A stretch of 63,815 nt of DNA, counting the filler, from Octopus bimaculoides (taxonomy: Eukaryota), in NCBI RefSeq assembly GCF_001194135.2. It is 4 parts of 2 records of this genome, joined end to end, with 100 filler letters (N's around TTAATTAATTAA, not from the genome) between each part and the next. Parts side by side here need not be neighbours in the genome. Positions count along the whole stretch, not along the records: positions 1 to 30,181 come from NC_068998.1; positions 30,282 to 41,055 come from NC_068981.1; 2 more parts are not named here. One strand, given 5' to 3'. This document shows, piece after piece, positions 25,571 through 39,700 of this stretch. Position 1 is the stretch's first letter; each line of letters begins with the position of its first letter. Made by a program: the position numbers and the translations under genes. A model generated the notes under the pieces. It was not told the DNA's origin, did no database searches, and was given only the letters and a program-made list of their open reading frames with translations.

Positions 25571-27386
25571 GGGTGGGGGTGAAATTACAGCCACTGCTAT
25601 CTGATGTTTGAACTAATGGTAGGCAAAGTTAACTAAAATATGATTAATTATATGTATTAATAATATCAAGATACGCTAGGTTACCTAAATATAATTTATG
25701 AATACTATTATTAGTAATTAATGTCTATATCGAAGAGTTATATATACGTATCCAGTGCTCGGAGGAGGTTTACAGAATTAGTTTGAAGTAGAAGAAATTT
25801 CTACAGCATTTGATCCTTAATTCATCCGATCTATTAGTAACATGCGAGCATTTTACGACTTCCGACAATTCCAGACAGCAGAGATTTCAACCATGTCTAT
25901 CAATCTCTCTCTAACAGTAGTCTTAGTGTTTCTGATGATCTTGCACATTTGATGAAATTGCGCATTTACTTTAACCGAAAACTGCAATTTTTGGATGATC
26001 TTGGTGGGATAAATGAGTGGAATTTAGTGGATGATGCTAATTATAAAAGTCATGTCGCAAAAAGCATTTGTTACGATCTAGAAAGTAAGAGATGGACGGA
26101 CGATGGAATCACTATACCCAAACCCCAAATTAGTTGCCTGCCTTTACAAAACCAAAACAACTTCCCTCGTAGCTCAGTTAAAGTTTGTGGGTCAATGTCT
26201 ACTTGCTTGATGTTAACGTATTTAAATGGAGTAAGCTTCCCAACATCCTGAGTCCATATGTGTCTGATATGTCTGTCTACCCAGTCTGTACCACACGACC
26301 ACTGAGCCAGTTGTTTAAAGGAGAACACAATCCAAAACAATTGGAAACTTCTGGGTTTCTCATCATGAATTCAATATTAAAAATTGGAAGGGCATTAAAG
26401 CTAGCTGATTGATATTTCAATCACTATCCCTTAGTTAAGCCTCAATGCTGTTGCCAGAATATTGTTTTTTATATTTTTGAAAATGATTTCAGCAGAATAC
26501 GAAAGAAATCTGATGGTTTTTCCTTCTTTAAATTTTCGTTATTAGTGACTTTCTTGCCCCTGAAGATATCTGGAGGTAAAATACAAAATGCACCAACTGA
26601 CAAGTAATAGTTTGAGACTTGCTTTTTTTTTTTTCTTAATCTTCAAAAGTAATGTTATTGATTAGAAAGATGTTTTTAAAGAATTCTGACCAATAATTCC
26701 ATGAGATTAATTTATGAAAACTTTTCATTACAAAATCTTAATCTTTTCAAACGTTTTCTCTAGTAAATTTGAAATTTTTGCTGCTCGCATTTCGATACCA
26801 TATCATCAACACTAATCAATTCTGATTACTGGAATTGAAAACAATGGAAAACATACTAGTTTATGTAAATTTATTGTCACAGTGAAGAGGCAATTTGTTT
26901 TTTCTTGAAAATATTTTAACACCACTTCAGACACTTTGAGGAGTTTCTTTTTTAATATAATGTTTATTGCACCAGGACTTGACAAATGCATTGTGTTCAA
27001 TATTAAAACTTACTTGTCATAATATTTTCTTTTTTCTTTTTGCACTTTAAAATTTACTCTTTCAGCACATTTTATTGTATAATAATGATAATAGTAACGA
27101 ATATTTTGATTTTTCCTTTGAATTTGCACTTTTTGTATTTTTCATTTAAAACGTTTGGGTGTTACTTCAATTTTATCGCTAGCATTTCTTTTCTCACTAC
27201 CAAAAATTTGGAACCAAAATCCACTCAAGACATTTAATTTGTGACATTTTCATGTTTTGTAAGAAAATTTTCATACATGCCTGAAGAATGTACACCGACA
27301 GATAAAACTCGGAGTAGCGAGACTGATTAGAATAATCTATCTATCTATCTATCTATCTATCTGTCTATCTATCGATCTATCTGTCA

Positions 27387-27418
<32 letters not shown>

Positions 27419-28105
27419 GTCTGTCTGTCTGTATGTATGTATGCATGCATGCATGCATGTTTGTATGTATGTATGTATGTATGTATGTATGTATGTATGT
27501 ATATGGACGGGATGGATGGATGGAACTTATGCATAAAAGTCAATCAAACTGCACACCGCATTTCCACTTAGTCACATCCTTAACACAATGAAACCTATGT
27601 AACAAATATTTCATTCTGTCTCTTACACCGACCATCTCCCTGGAAGAATGAAACAAAATTAAAGGGAGAAAGAAATAGAGTGTTGTTTATTGACAAAAGT
27701 AGATATGATTAGAACTGCTTGCTGTATCGCAGCCTACAGTATTTCCGCCGCATAAGATGAAGACAATGTATGTTTCCCTCATGTAAGAATGATGTAATTT
27801 GGGTCGCGATCTAACAAGTTGCTAGAAATGTGCCCCAAATCTAAATCAGATCATACTCATGTGTCATGAATAAAGAATACAACGAGCAATGTAATAACTA
27901 GTGTAATAATATGGGATGATCAAGGCTACCATTTATTTTATTAAATGTATGCCACATCAGGGTTAAACAACATCGGTGACTTTGATCTGAAATAGGTGAC
28001 CCGTGCAAAGTTACTCAACCTGCTAAGACTAGTAGAGAAATTTTCCCTCAGGGCCATACGTTGCTGTCGTTGTGAATTACAGGACATACCGAGGGATGCA
28101 ATCAT

Positions 28106-28167
<62 letters not shown>

Positions 28168-28903
28168 TACTGTCAGAGGCAGTATTAATACAGAGAGGTC
28201 TCCCTTCTTAAACGAGGATGTTCTGTTAGAACAAACAATACTGCGGTAGTTAATATGAGAGAAACTTTCATGTTGGTTTTTGTTGCATTTTAGTGCGTTT
28301 TGCACCAAAAGATATGAGAGTTTCTCTTATGGAAACTACCGCACTATTGTTTGTTCTGACAATATCCACGTTAAAGTCGGGATATACACACGTGTATGTG
28401 TGTGTGCATGCGTGTGGAGGAGTGTTTGTGTGTGAGTGTGTGCGTGTGTGTCTGTGTTTGTGTACAGGCATACATATCGCAACCTAAGAAAACACTGACC
28501 GGAGGGTGGTATTTCTCCTTCTATATATAAGTATTCCTCTTCTCAGTTTACAAGTAGATTTGAGTGACGTTTTCAAGAAGCCATAATCAAACAAATTATA
28601 ACGTATATTAAAGTTGGCAGCTGTATTTCTTCTTTACAAGTCTTCCTGTTTTAGTATTCCACAATGAGATAGAGCAGCGGGGAAGGAATGGTTGAAAAGG
28701 TCTACAGAATTACAATGAGAGCTTAGAATATTTTACGTATGTATTTTTACATATATGTACGAGTCTATGCATATATANNNNNNNNNNNNNNNNNNNNNNN
28801 NNNNNNNNNNNNNNNNNNNNNNNNNNNNNNNNNNNNNNNNNNNNNNNNNNNNNNNNNNNNNNNNNNNNNNNNNNNNNNNNNNATATATATATATATATAT
28901 ATA

Positions 28904-30148
28904 CAGGCGATGGGCAAAATAATGGCAACATCTTAAAATTTCAAACAATTTTAATTTTAATATGGGGTAGGAACGCCTTTGACAGTAATTACAGCTTGAA
29001 TTCTACGTGCTATGAACTCGTACACAGTTTCAATTGTTACCAAAACAATTTTTGTCCGTTATTCAGCTAAAACAGTCTCCAGTTTTTGTAGTGATGATAG
29101 TGGAGGATATCGACTCCTTACTTGTTTTTCTAAAATGCACTATAAATATTTTATGATATTGAGATCTGGGGACTGTGGTAGCCAGGAAGGATGTTCAACT
29201 TCACTACGATGTTCCTCGTTCCATTCAGTAACAACTTTAGTTGTGTGAATTGATGGATTGTCATCCTGAAAGATTGCGTTTCCTTCTGCAAACAGTTCCG
29301 CAACTATAGGATGAATTTGATCAAATAAAATGCTTAAATAGTCTCGACTATTAATTCTGCCATGAAGGGAAATCTTTGGGCCGGTGGATCACAGATCCTC
29401 CTGCATGTTTAACATTTAGAAGAAGGCAGTCTGGGTCAAATGCTTCTTTTGGTTGTTTCCACACATATACTCTGTCGGTGGTCGGAAATAAGGTAAAGGA
29501 TGACTCGTCCGAAAAAATAACATCCTTCCACTGCTCTAGAGACCAATTCAGTAGGTTTTTACTCCACTCTAAATGTTTTGCAACGTTTGTTTTTGATAGT
29601 AGTGGTTTTCTGATTGCAGCCCTTCCGTGAAATCCGGCTTTGTGCAGCTCCCGACGAACAGTTTTTATGGATACTGGGTTCTCGAGGTGGTCATTAAGCA
29701 CTGCAGTAACTTTGGGAGTTGTACTTTTGTGATTCTTTCTAACAATTAGTGTAAGAGTCCGATGGTCCTTATCTGAAAGTTTTAGTTTTCTTCAGGAGTT
29801 TTGTTTCAACGAGGAGGTTTTTCCCTCTTTTTCAAAAGCTGTCATTACTTTCGAGAGAGTACTTCTTGACACACCAAACATTTTGGTTGTTTTCGTTACG
29901 CTAGTGCCTGTCATACGAGTACGAACAATTTGACCTCTTTGAAAGTCCAATAGATCTGTCATTTTAATGAATTTTAATTGCTCTTTTCTGATGATATCTA
30001 AAAAGAAACGGCAATTTTAGCAAAACATATTAAGCAACTTTAATAATAAATCTAAAACATAAAAATAAACAAGCTTTTGATGGATTTATAGTTATTTCAA
30101 AATTATAATGCTGTGATGCTAGGTATTTCCATTATTTTGTCCAACCCT

Positions 30149-30150
<2 letters not shown>
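28904..30150 (-). mobile_element. Second Tc1-family transposon, decayed
   Basis: Imperfect TIRs (CAGGCGATGGGCAAAATAATGG on the left, CCATTATTTTGTCCAACCCTTC on the right) flanked by TA. Minus-strand motifs are KTVRRELHKAGFHGRAAIRKPLL, VIFSDESSF, QDDNPSIH and WLPQSPDLNII. Confidence 0.92.
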
Positions 30151-30181
<31 letters not shown>

Positions 30182-30485
30182 NNNNNNNNNNNNNNNNNNN
30201 NNNNNNNNNNNNNNNNNNNNNNNNNTTAATTAATTAANNNNNNNNNNNNNNNNNNNNNNNNNNNNNNNNNNNNNNNNNNNNAATATGGCTAGGAACGAGG
30301 AAGATATGTTTGAATTTTTGGAAATAAGGCTCTAAATAGAGCTATTTCCGATTTGAAAAATATATGTTCACGAAGTATTTTGTGTTATACACAACTTATA
30401 CAAAATTTTAAAACAAAATAGGTCTTTTAAGAGGTGAAAAATGCAACTTACATGGGAGCCGATGTGTCTACCGTCCGTCCATGAT

Positions 30486-30531
<46 letters not shown>

Positions 30532-30607
30532 CAAGCAGACAGACAAAGAGAAAGCCAGACAAACAGACAAACAGACAAACAGACAGACAGGCAGACACAG
30601 ACAGATA

Positions 30608-30985
30608 GGCGCAGGAGTGGCTGGGTGGTAAGTAACTTGCTTCCCAACCACATAGTTCCGGGTTCAGTCCCACTTTGTGGCACCTTGGGCAAGTGTCTTC
30701 TGCTATAGCCTCGAGCTGACCAAAGCCTTGTGAGTAGATTTGGTAGACGGAAACTGAAAGAAGACCGTCGTGTGTGTGTGTGTGTGTGTCTGTGTTTGTC
30801 CCCCACCATCGCTTGACAACCGATGCTGGTGTGTCTACGTTCCCGTAAATTAGCAGTTCGGCATAAGAGACCAATAGAATAAGTACTAGGCTTACAAAGA
30901 ATGAGTTCTGGGGTCGATTTGTTCGACTAAAAGTGGTGCTCCAGCATGGCTGCAGTCAAATGTCTGAAGCAAATAAGAGTAAAAG
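30608..30985 (+). mobile_element. SINE family A, full-length copy (tRNA head, CORE-like body, internal microsatellite, LINE-like tail)
   Basis: A-box-like TGGCTGGGTGG and B-box-like GGGTTCAGTCCC; CACCTTGGGCAAGTG resembles the CORE/MIR domain; internal (GT)n; tail GGTGCTCCAGCATGGCTGCAGTC. Recurs many times in the window. Confidence 0.9.
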
Positions 30986-30987
30986 AA

Positions 30988-31084
<97 letters not shown>

Positions 31085-31521
31085 TTGAATATTGTCTCTG
31101 CGGTTGAAGCTATTCCTTTCGCTCAAATCATCATCAGGTGACTATTATTGTATAGAGATTGTTGACAATGGCTTTATTTATTATATTCAGTTAAACAGAG
31201 AAACGCAGTAAAATCATCTCGAAAAAACAAATAAAATGCTTTTAAAAAAATGTCTAGACAGCAGACATTCTTTTACGACGTTTGAATATATATGCATATA
31301 TTATTAATAGCCGGCCGAAGTTACAGAGTGTTTCAAAGAGCTGAGAATTTGTGTGCATTGCCATTTATCAAACTAGCTTCATATTATTGAGTTGAAACTA
31401 GCTCTATAAGTGCCAACGCACGAAACTCTCGGCCTTAGAGCCACTCTAACAATTATTAGAAAAAAAAACTTATATATTCACGTTTGAGTTCTGTATTTCT
31501 TGCTTGCGTCACCTCAAACAC

Positions 31522-31732
31522 AGATAGATAGATAGATAGATNNNNNNNNNNNNNNNNNNNNNNNNNNNNNNNNNNNNNNNNNNNNNNNNNNNNNNNNNNN
31601 NNNNNNNNNNNNNNNNNNNNNNNNNNNNNNNNNNNNNNNNNNNNNNNNNNNNNNNNNNNNNNNNNNNNNNNNNNNNNNNNNNNNNNNNNNNNNNNNNNNN
31701 NNNNNNNNNNNNNNNNNNNNNNNNNNNNGATC

Positions 31733-31807
<75 letters not shown>

Positions 31808-31808
31808 C

Positions 31809-31879
<71 letters not shown>
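31522..31879 (+). repeat. (GATA)n microsatellite spanning a gap
   Basis: Read directly. Many other (CA)n, (TA)n, (GA)n, (TATG)n, (TCTA)n, (AAT)n and (TTC)n tracts occur across the window and are not listed one by one. Confidence 0.95.
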
Positions 31880-32417
31880 TTGCTTCTTTTTTATAACTTT
31901 ATTGTGGAGTAGTTTGAGAAAGATTTCACTGCTATTTCTTTCTACCCATATCGAGAGACATCATAGATGTTCCTTTGCTAAATCGTAAACCAATAACTTA
32001 CTGGGTATAGAGGAAATAGTAATACGTAAGATAACTTGTGCCGAAGTTAAAAATATCATTAATTCGTGAATTTATATCAAAGCAATTAAACGATACTACT
32101 AGAGTGAAAATATCTATTAAGCAATCTGGTAATGAATTTGTTAAACTTCAGATAAATAACACGCATTTGCTTCGGTGAGTGTTAGAAACTGTCATTTAAG
32201 TAAATCTATGCACATCTGTTTCTCATGAAATTAACACTTTCTTCAGCTCTGCAAAGCTGTAAACTTTACTATTGGGTCTGTTGCAATATAATATGCACTT
32301 CGTCATGTAAAGGAATCTACGAGATCACTTAATGAGATTTCCACTTTATTCCATTGGTCTTTGTGAAAAAAAAGGATCTAAGCAATAACACTCAACCAAG
32401 CAGTTTCCATCTCTTTC

Positions 32418-32463
<46 letters not shown>

Positions 32464-32866
32464 TTATACACACACACATGTCCATATGTCCATATACATA
32501 CCTACAAATATATATAGAGAGAGAGGGCGATAGACAGAGAGACAGACAGAGGTGTGGAAGAACAAATAGGATAAATAGAATTCAGTATATGAATACGTAC
32601 ATAAAAGTCTTTTTCTCGAACACGCCAGAGATCATTATAATTAGTTTTCACATTAACATAACGGATATACCATGAAAACTGAAAACGTATCCTTTGTGTA
32701 CCAGAGAAAAATATAGGGTAGAGAGAAATTGAACCCTGGTCTATGTGCATATTTTTTATAATTGTTAACGGAAGAACATTCAAAACGAGTCTATCAAGGA
32801 CGCTCTTCAGTGGATGCTAATCATTTCACTTCCAGGCATTTCAGAGAATTCTAGTCAATCTAGAAA

Positions 32867-33394
32867 TGTGGTCTTCAACCGTCGTCCATATGGCCCCGAG
32901 GGTCCATATAAGATTTTGTGGGGTCCACGTAACAAAAGAGTAAATTGGGGATCCACGAAAGAATTTAAGGGCCCATGAACAAATTTTGCTTTAGATGTAT
33001 TTGTTGGTATGTATTGCAAGAAACATCTAGGTTTCTTTGTCTAACATTTTACATAATTCAACCTACACAAGTTAATGTGTGAAAAAACAAGGAATATTGA
33101 AAGAAGTTTCTATTAAAATTGTTTTTAAACATCGAATAGTTACGGGGGTCCACCAGAATAAAATAGTAATCAAAAGGGGTCCACGAAACCAAAATAGTAA
33201 ATTGGTGATCTACAGTAGTTTTTTGAGGGCCCCTGAAAACATTTCGTTTTAGGTTTTATGTATTGGTATGTATTGCAAAAAAGATTTAGGTTTCTTTGCT
33301 CAATATTTTACATAACTCAACCAACACAAGTTAATGTGAGAAAAGCAAAATTGGAATTTTTAAAGAAGTTTCTACAAAACTAGTTTTTAAATAG
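32867..33394 (+). mobile_element. hAT-like non-autonomous element in two tandem ~260-bp copies, truncated by a gap
   Basis: Start TGTGGTCTTCAACC resembles a CAGTGGTTCTCAACC-type TIR, and GGGGTCCA motifs recur. Segments ~32984-33133 and ~33243-33394 are homologous. Confidence 0.55.
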
Positions 33395-34299
33395 NNNNNN
33401 NNNNNNNNNNNNNNNNNNNNNNNNNNNNNNNNNNNNNNNNNNNNNNNNNNNNNNNNNNNNNNNNNNNNNNNNNNNNNNNNNNNNNNNNNNNNNNNNNNNN
33501 NNNNNNNNNNNNNNNNNNNNNNNNNNNNNNNNNNNNNNNNNNNNNNNNNNNNNNNNNNNNNNNNNNNNNNNNNNNNNNNNNNNNNNNNNNNNNNNNNNNN
33601 NNNNNNNNNNNNNNNNNNNNNNNNNNNNNNNNNNNNNNNNNNNNNNNNNNNNNNNNNNNNNNNNNNNNNNNNNNNNNNNNNNNNNNNNNNNNNNNNNNNN
33701 NNNNNNNNNNNNNNNNNNNNNNNNNNNNNNNNNNAAGATCGTTTATTTCCAGATCTAAAGATAGGTTTTTTGGAAATGTTAGTCAAGCTAAGAGAACTGT
33801 TTAGGTAAATTTTGTTCTTATATTATTCAGAAACTTTTATGTATTTAAATATTGATTTATGACATTTGGCGGCAGAGGTGATGTAATCCATTGAATTAAC
33901 CACAAAACACACCAGAGGCTTATTTTATTAATCCCAGTGGGATGAAAATCTAAGCCAACCATGGTGGAATTTAAACACATGACGTTGAGGAATGAGATTA
34001 AATACTACAAGATATTTAGCTCAGCAATTTTAATATATCTGCCATTTCGTATTCTGGAACATAATGAAGATTTGAATTGCACAATTTTTCAGCATACCCA
34101 ATAAATACTTTATGTTGTAGCAATATTTATCATTGTGTCATGACAAACTTGTACATAACTTCGAGATCACTTTGGTATATATCGTCCACATGTAGAATAT
34201 TATAGAAGAATGATCTACTGAGCCAAGAATATTTGTCAATGGTAAAAGAAAAACCGTTGTCACTTGTTAATATTTGTATCACACAAAGGCAGTCTTTAT

Positions 34300-34680
34300 G
34301 TTCTGAGTTCACATTCTGCCGAGGTCGACTCTGCCTTTCATCATTTCGGGGTCGATAAATTAAGCACTAGCTGCGTACTGGAGTCGATCTAATCGACTGG
34401 CCCCCACTCCCCCAAAATTTCGGGCCTTGTGCCTAGAGTAGAAAAGAATATTGATCTGGATATTCAGGCGGTGAGCTGGCAGAAATGTTAGCACGCCGGG
34501 AAAAATGCTGAGCAGTATTTCGTCTGTCTTTACGTTCTGAGTTCAAATTCCACCGAGGTTGCCTTTGCTTTTCATCCTTTCAGGGTCGATAGGTTAAGTA
34601 CCAGCTACGTCCTGGGTTCGATGTAATCGACTGTCCTTTCCTCAAAAATTTCGGGTCTTGTGCCTTGAGTAGAAAAGAAT
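34300..34680 (+). mobile_element. Two SINE B copies with a variant tail
   Basis: Both end GGYCTTGTGCCT(A/T)GAGTAGAAAAGAAT instead of GCCAAAATTTGAAACC. Confidence 0.88.
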
Positions 34681-35239
34681 GTGTGTAAATGGGAATTTGT
34701 GTATTTGTGCGTGGGAGACCCCAAAACACAGTGTCATAGAGACCGAGTTACCGAAATTTGAAGAAACTCAGCACAAGTGTTCTACCTGCAATTCAGTAAA
34801 AGATAATATATTTATTATAACGGCATAAATTGATTTCTCGTCGAGTTTCGTCTTGCAAATATTAAAGGTATAAGTCTTACTTTGAAGATACGCAAAACAA
34901 AACTTGAGAATGAAATCAATTTATGTCTTTATCATTTATGCACGTGAGAGTGTGTGTGTTGTATGTGTGTGTGTGTGTGTGATGTTTGCGCGCATAAGCG
35001 TGTATAAGTGCATGCTTGGATGAATGTGTGTATATGGAATTTATGTTACGTTAACTATACAGGAAATCCGTAAAGGTTATTTGAAATGTTGAAAAAAATC
35101 TATAAAAAGCAGTAATTTGAGAGAGAACAAAAAAAAAATTCAGTTAAAAAGGTACAAGCTAAATATATCTTCTTCCTTTTCGAATTATTTCTGAGTAGAC
35201 ACAAGTCTAAATTTGGACTGCTTGTTGCAGGTATTTTTA

Positions 35240-35294
<55 letters not shown>

Positions 35295-35465
35295 CCTAGG
35301 GAGAGAGACAGACAGACAAAAATATACATAGATGTGTGCATACACATATGCATATATACATACATACAAACATACATGCATACATGTATACATACATATG
35401 CAAATACATATATATATATACAAATATATATATATACATATATATATATGTATGTATATATGTTA

Positions 35466-35481
<16 letters not shown>

Positions 35482-35497
<16 letters not shown>

Positions 35498-35672
35498 AAT
35501 TTCAGCTTAGAGCTGCGGCCATGCTGATGCACCACCATGTTGCTACACTGTTATTACAGGGAGCCTCTTACAATATGTGGCACTTGGTGAAGAATGGAGT
35601 TTGATTTAGCAACCCTCATTTGCACCTCCTGCCGCGAGGTAGGTTCATCTGGCACTCTCGATAGGAAGAGGT
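35482..35672 (-). mobile_element. CR1-like LINE 3' end, second copy, cut by a gap
   Basis: LFLSRVPDEPTSRQEVQMRVAKSNS is homologous to the 44118-44476 copy; it has the same 3' tail plus poly(A). Confidence 0.8.
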
Positions 35673-36153
35673 NNNNNNNNNNNNNNNNNNNNNNNNNNNN
35701 NNNNNNNNNNNNNNNNNNNNNNNNNNNNNNNNNNNNNNNNNNNNNNNNNNNNNNNNNNNNNNNNNNNNNNNNNNNNNNNNNNNNNNNNNNNNNNNNNNNN
35801 NNNNNNNNNNNNNNNNNNNNNNNNNNNNNNNNNNNNNNNNNNNNNNNNNNNNNNNNNNNNNNNNNNNNNNNNNNNNNNNNNNNNNNNNNNNNNNNNNNNN
35901 NNNNNNNNNNNNNNNNNNNNNNNNNNNNNNNNNNNNNNNNNNNNNNNNNNNNNNNNNNNNNNNNNNNNNNNNNNNNNNNNNNNNNNNNNNNNNNNNNNNN
36001 NNNNNNNNNNNNNNNNNNNNNNNNNNNNNNNNNNNNNNNNNNNNNNNNNNNNNNNNNNNNNNNNNNNNNNNNNNNNNNNNNNNNNNNNNNNNNNNNNNNN
36101 NNNNNNNNNNNNNNNNNNNNNNNNNNNNNNNNNNNNNNNNNNNNNNNNNNNNN

Positions 36154-36190
<37 letters not shown>

Positions 36191-36264
36191 TACATATATA
36201 CATATGTATAAACATATTATTTGTATTTTTGCATGCTTAAATATACGGGCATACATATATTCTT

Positions 36265-36500
36265 TCATTCTTTTAGCTGTTTCAGTCACTTGACTGTCGC
36301 CATGCTGGAGTACTGCCATGCAGGCTTTTAGTCGAACAAATTGATCCCCGGACATTTTTAAGCCTAGACTTGTGATATCATTCTATTTCGCCGAACCGCT
36401 AAGTTACATTGACGTAAACACACCACCACCGTTTATCAATCGTTGATGATGGAACAATCACAGACATAAAGACGCACACATAAATATCGATATAACCATG

Positions 36501-36534
<34 letters not shown>

Positions 36535-36750
36535 CAGACACCCACACACACACACGGATATATACAAACACATATACATATAGATAATATATACGATGGG
36601 CTTCTTTCAGTTTACGCCTACCAAATCCACTCACAAGGCTTTGGTCGGCGCGAGGCTATGGTAGAAAACACTTGTCCAGGGTGCCACACAGTGGGACTGA
36701 ACCCGGCATCATGTGGTTGGGACGCAAGCTTCTTACGCCACAGCCACGCT
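36265..36750 (-). mobile_element. SINE A, full length
   Basis: Tail, (CA)n centre and head, all homologous to 30608-30985. Confidence 0.88.
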
Positions 36751-39700
36751 GATCCTTATAGTTTTACGTTTTAAAAACCTTTGTAAATGACGTGTGAAAA
36801 TAACTGCTTCAAGCTCACGTTTTTATTTCACATCTGGTTTCCGTTGAAATACTAATATAAACATTATAAACGCCACACAACTGAAGTCATGAAATTGCGT
36901 TGTTATTTAAGCAATGTTTTAAAATAATACTTTTAAGTAATGTTATTGATTAATGGTTTTAATAACGATGACTGAGTATGCGAGTGTTCTTTTTGCATTC
37001 GTCTGTTGTACACGAATAAATATGTATATACATACAATACAAATAATATGTGAGTATATGCATATATACGTACATGTATGTACATACCTACATCTACATG
37101 TATATATAGATGCATATCTGGGTACAGGACGTTACAAAAAATGTGGACAAAATGAAAAACAGAACATAAACAGAGTACTGAAAACACAGGCCACACAAAG
37201 AACATTTTCTTCATCAGCTGCCACCATTCTATAACTAAGCGTTTCGAAGAGTTAGGGCAGGACGCATTGTGAGAATGGCTCTTCCCGCGGAAACAAATTA
37301 AATTTGTAGTGCGAAGGAATATCATGGCGAACAGAAAACAAGACAGGAAAACAAAACAGTGAAAATAAACGAGAAGGGCTAGTAGGGCCAGACGTGAAAA
37401 ACACACATTCGGGGGAGATAACAAAACAGAGTAGAACGCAACATAAGTATCTGCGGTTATACTATTATTGACAGGCCAGATAGACAGATAGATAGGTACA
37501 TACATGCATACATACATACATACATACATACATGTTTATAAACATGCATGTATGTACATACATATATATGCATACATATGTATGTATGTATGTATGTATT
37601 TCTTGTGTTTATAATTCTTTAAATTCTTTCTTTGGGAAAAGGGTTGGTTTCTAACAAAGATACAAAGCTGCAGCGTTGGAATGTAGATAACGAAAATAAT
37701 CTATGCGTATACATCTTTGTGCACACATCTATCGGTGCAAGTATGGACCTCATTGCATGACAAACGTCTTGAATGTTCCATATATTTAGTCTGTGCCTTT
37801 GAATTCATATGTCCGTAAACATATATGTTTGTATGTATGTACGTACGTACGTATATATGTATTGTTGTTTCAAGTATGAGTTCCTTTTACACTGGAATCT
37901 GGTGTATAAATTTCTGCTTTTTCAAGGATTGTGTGTGGTTGCAATTGACTAATTGTACTGTAGATGACTGGTCTTATAAATAGGATCGGAATTTATCTAG
38001 GTGATACTTAAAATACATCAACGGTTATCACAGTCACTGTCTTGCTTTCTTAAGTTAAAATACAAAAATCGAATAAACGGTGTACTATAGTGCTGTTAAT
38101 TGATTGTTATCTTACGATAACAATCTTTGAAAGCCAAGAGAAAATCTTTATACTTTTATTTACTCGACGATATAAACCTAGGCTTGGTATTTTCGTCTCC
38201 TGAATCTTCTAAATGTAGATAATGGTGTATCTATTTTTGCAATATTAGTCTAGGAAGTAAAAATTCAGAAATGGCAGTTGTTCCCAATAAGTTTAGTTGC
38301 TGAATTGAAGTTGTATTTTAGTGTCGGCATTATCTAGTAAAATAGAATAGAATTACACAACTGACGTTAGAAGCAGTAAATCTATATAGCTCACAAGCAA
38401 TATTTTCTGTAAAACCAATATTTCTGCAAGGCTTGTATTATAGAAGGTTTTCAGTTTGATAGCTTGCCATACATTAATACCAAGCACTTAGAATATGCTA
38501 GTAATTGACAACTTCAGGACTTTGTTAGATAACTTACAATGTATGAGTACTGTGCTTTTAGAATATTGGTGATTTCCACGTCCAGAATCGATATGCGTTT
38601 TGTGGTTGCTTCTTTGTTTGTAATTGCATAATATTTTCGTTTATTGATTCCTTCTCATAAAGGAGGGCACACTTTCTTCAAATGAAATTCACCTTATCCT
38701 TCCTCACTCGTTTCTCTATAAAGTTCAGCATTTATGTAGTCATTGAATATCGTTTCTTCTCTTTGTCCCCAAATAATAGAATTGTTTGCATCATCCGTAT
38801 AATTAAAGAGACTTGGCAAGCAGAAACCCATCACCACCGTCTTTTGTACAATCATGGTGATCAACCAGATACGTCTCAGAATGCTGCTTTGTAGAAATTC
38901 CACTGACTGCCGGGAATATTGCTAATAGTATAACGTTATTCAGCTAACAATCAGCGTTGACGTAGCTGCGATCAATCCTAGTGCGTTGTAACATGGGTAG
39001 GTGTCATACTCTCGGGTTCACGAAAGCTTTATGAATGACTTTGCGTACAGGGAAACTGTAGAGAAGTCCATAAAATAGAATTTACCTGTAATTCTAGTAA
39101 TGTCTAACCTTGTCGCAGTTGTGTCACACTGCGGTTACCAGAGAATTTCGCTAAAGCTACACATGTTTGTGTACTCATAACTCAATATTCACATAGGCTA
39201 ACTCAATGAGTAACGCCTCCACTTATTCAAACAACAGGACGCCCATTTGTCGAAATCGACTTGAAATACGATCAATCAACTAACAGAAACCCCACATATT
39301 CAGATGTGTCAATTTGTGGCATAGTTTATTTTGTCAAAAGCCTTTGATGGAAGCTTTAACAAAATCTTAAATGTAGTTTAATTCAGCGTTATGCACCAAC
39401 GTAAGCATACGCAGAGCAATGAGAGAGCTTTCATGCAGTGGATAGACTTAAGGATATACAAGAACACAAGCAAACATATGTATTCTATTTTCAAACAGTT
39501 TACTACATATGTACATAGTATCATCGGTTTCCAAACATCGGAACACATAAAGAATATTCCTTTCCATCATACCTATCAGCTCACCCGCTCTAAGTTTAGT
39601 TTTTTTTTTTTTTCACAGAACATTCGTATACTCGACATTTGATCCACATGGTGAATATAAAGCATAGAACATTGCAAAAGAAAATGTATATATGTATGTG

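Noticed and set aside
30182-30281. TTAATTAATTAA islands inside N runs (30226-30237, 41100-41111, 52440-52451)
   Set aside because: Each is 44 N + a 12-mer + 44 N = 100 bp, and the 12-mer is a palindrome with stops in all six frames. This is an artificial scaffolding spacer, not biology.
37195-37255. CGAAAC upstream of CTGATGA on the minus strand (type II HHR order); similar at 55650-55715 and 31118-31142
   Set aside because: Stems I and II cannot be formed convincingly.
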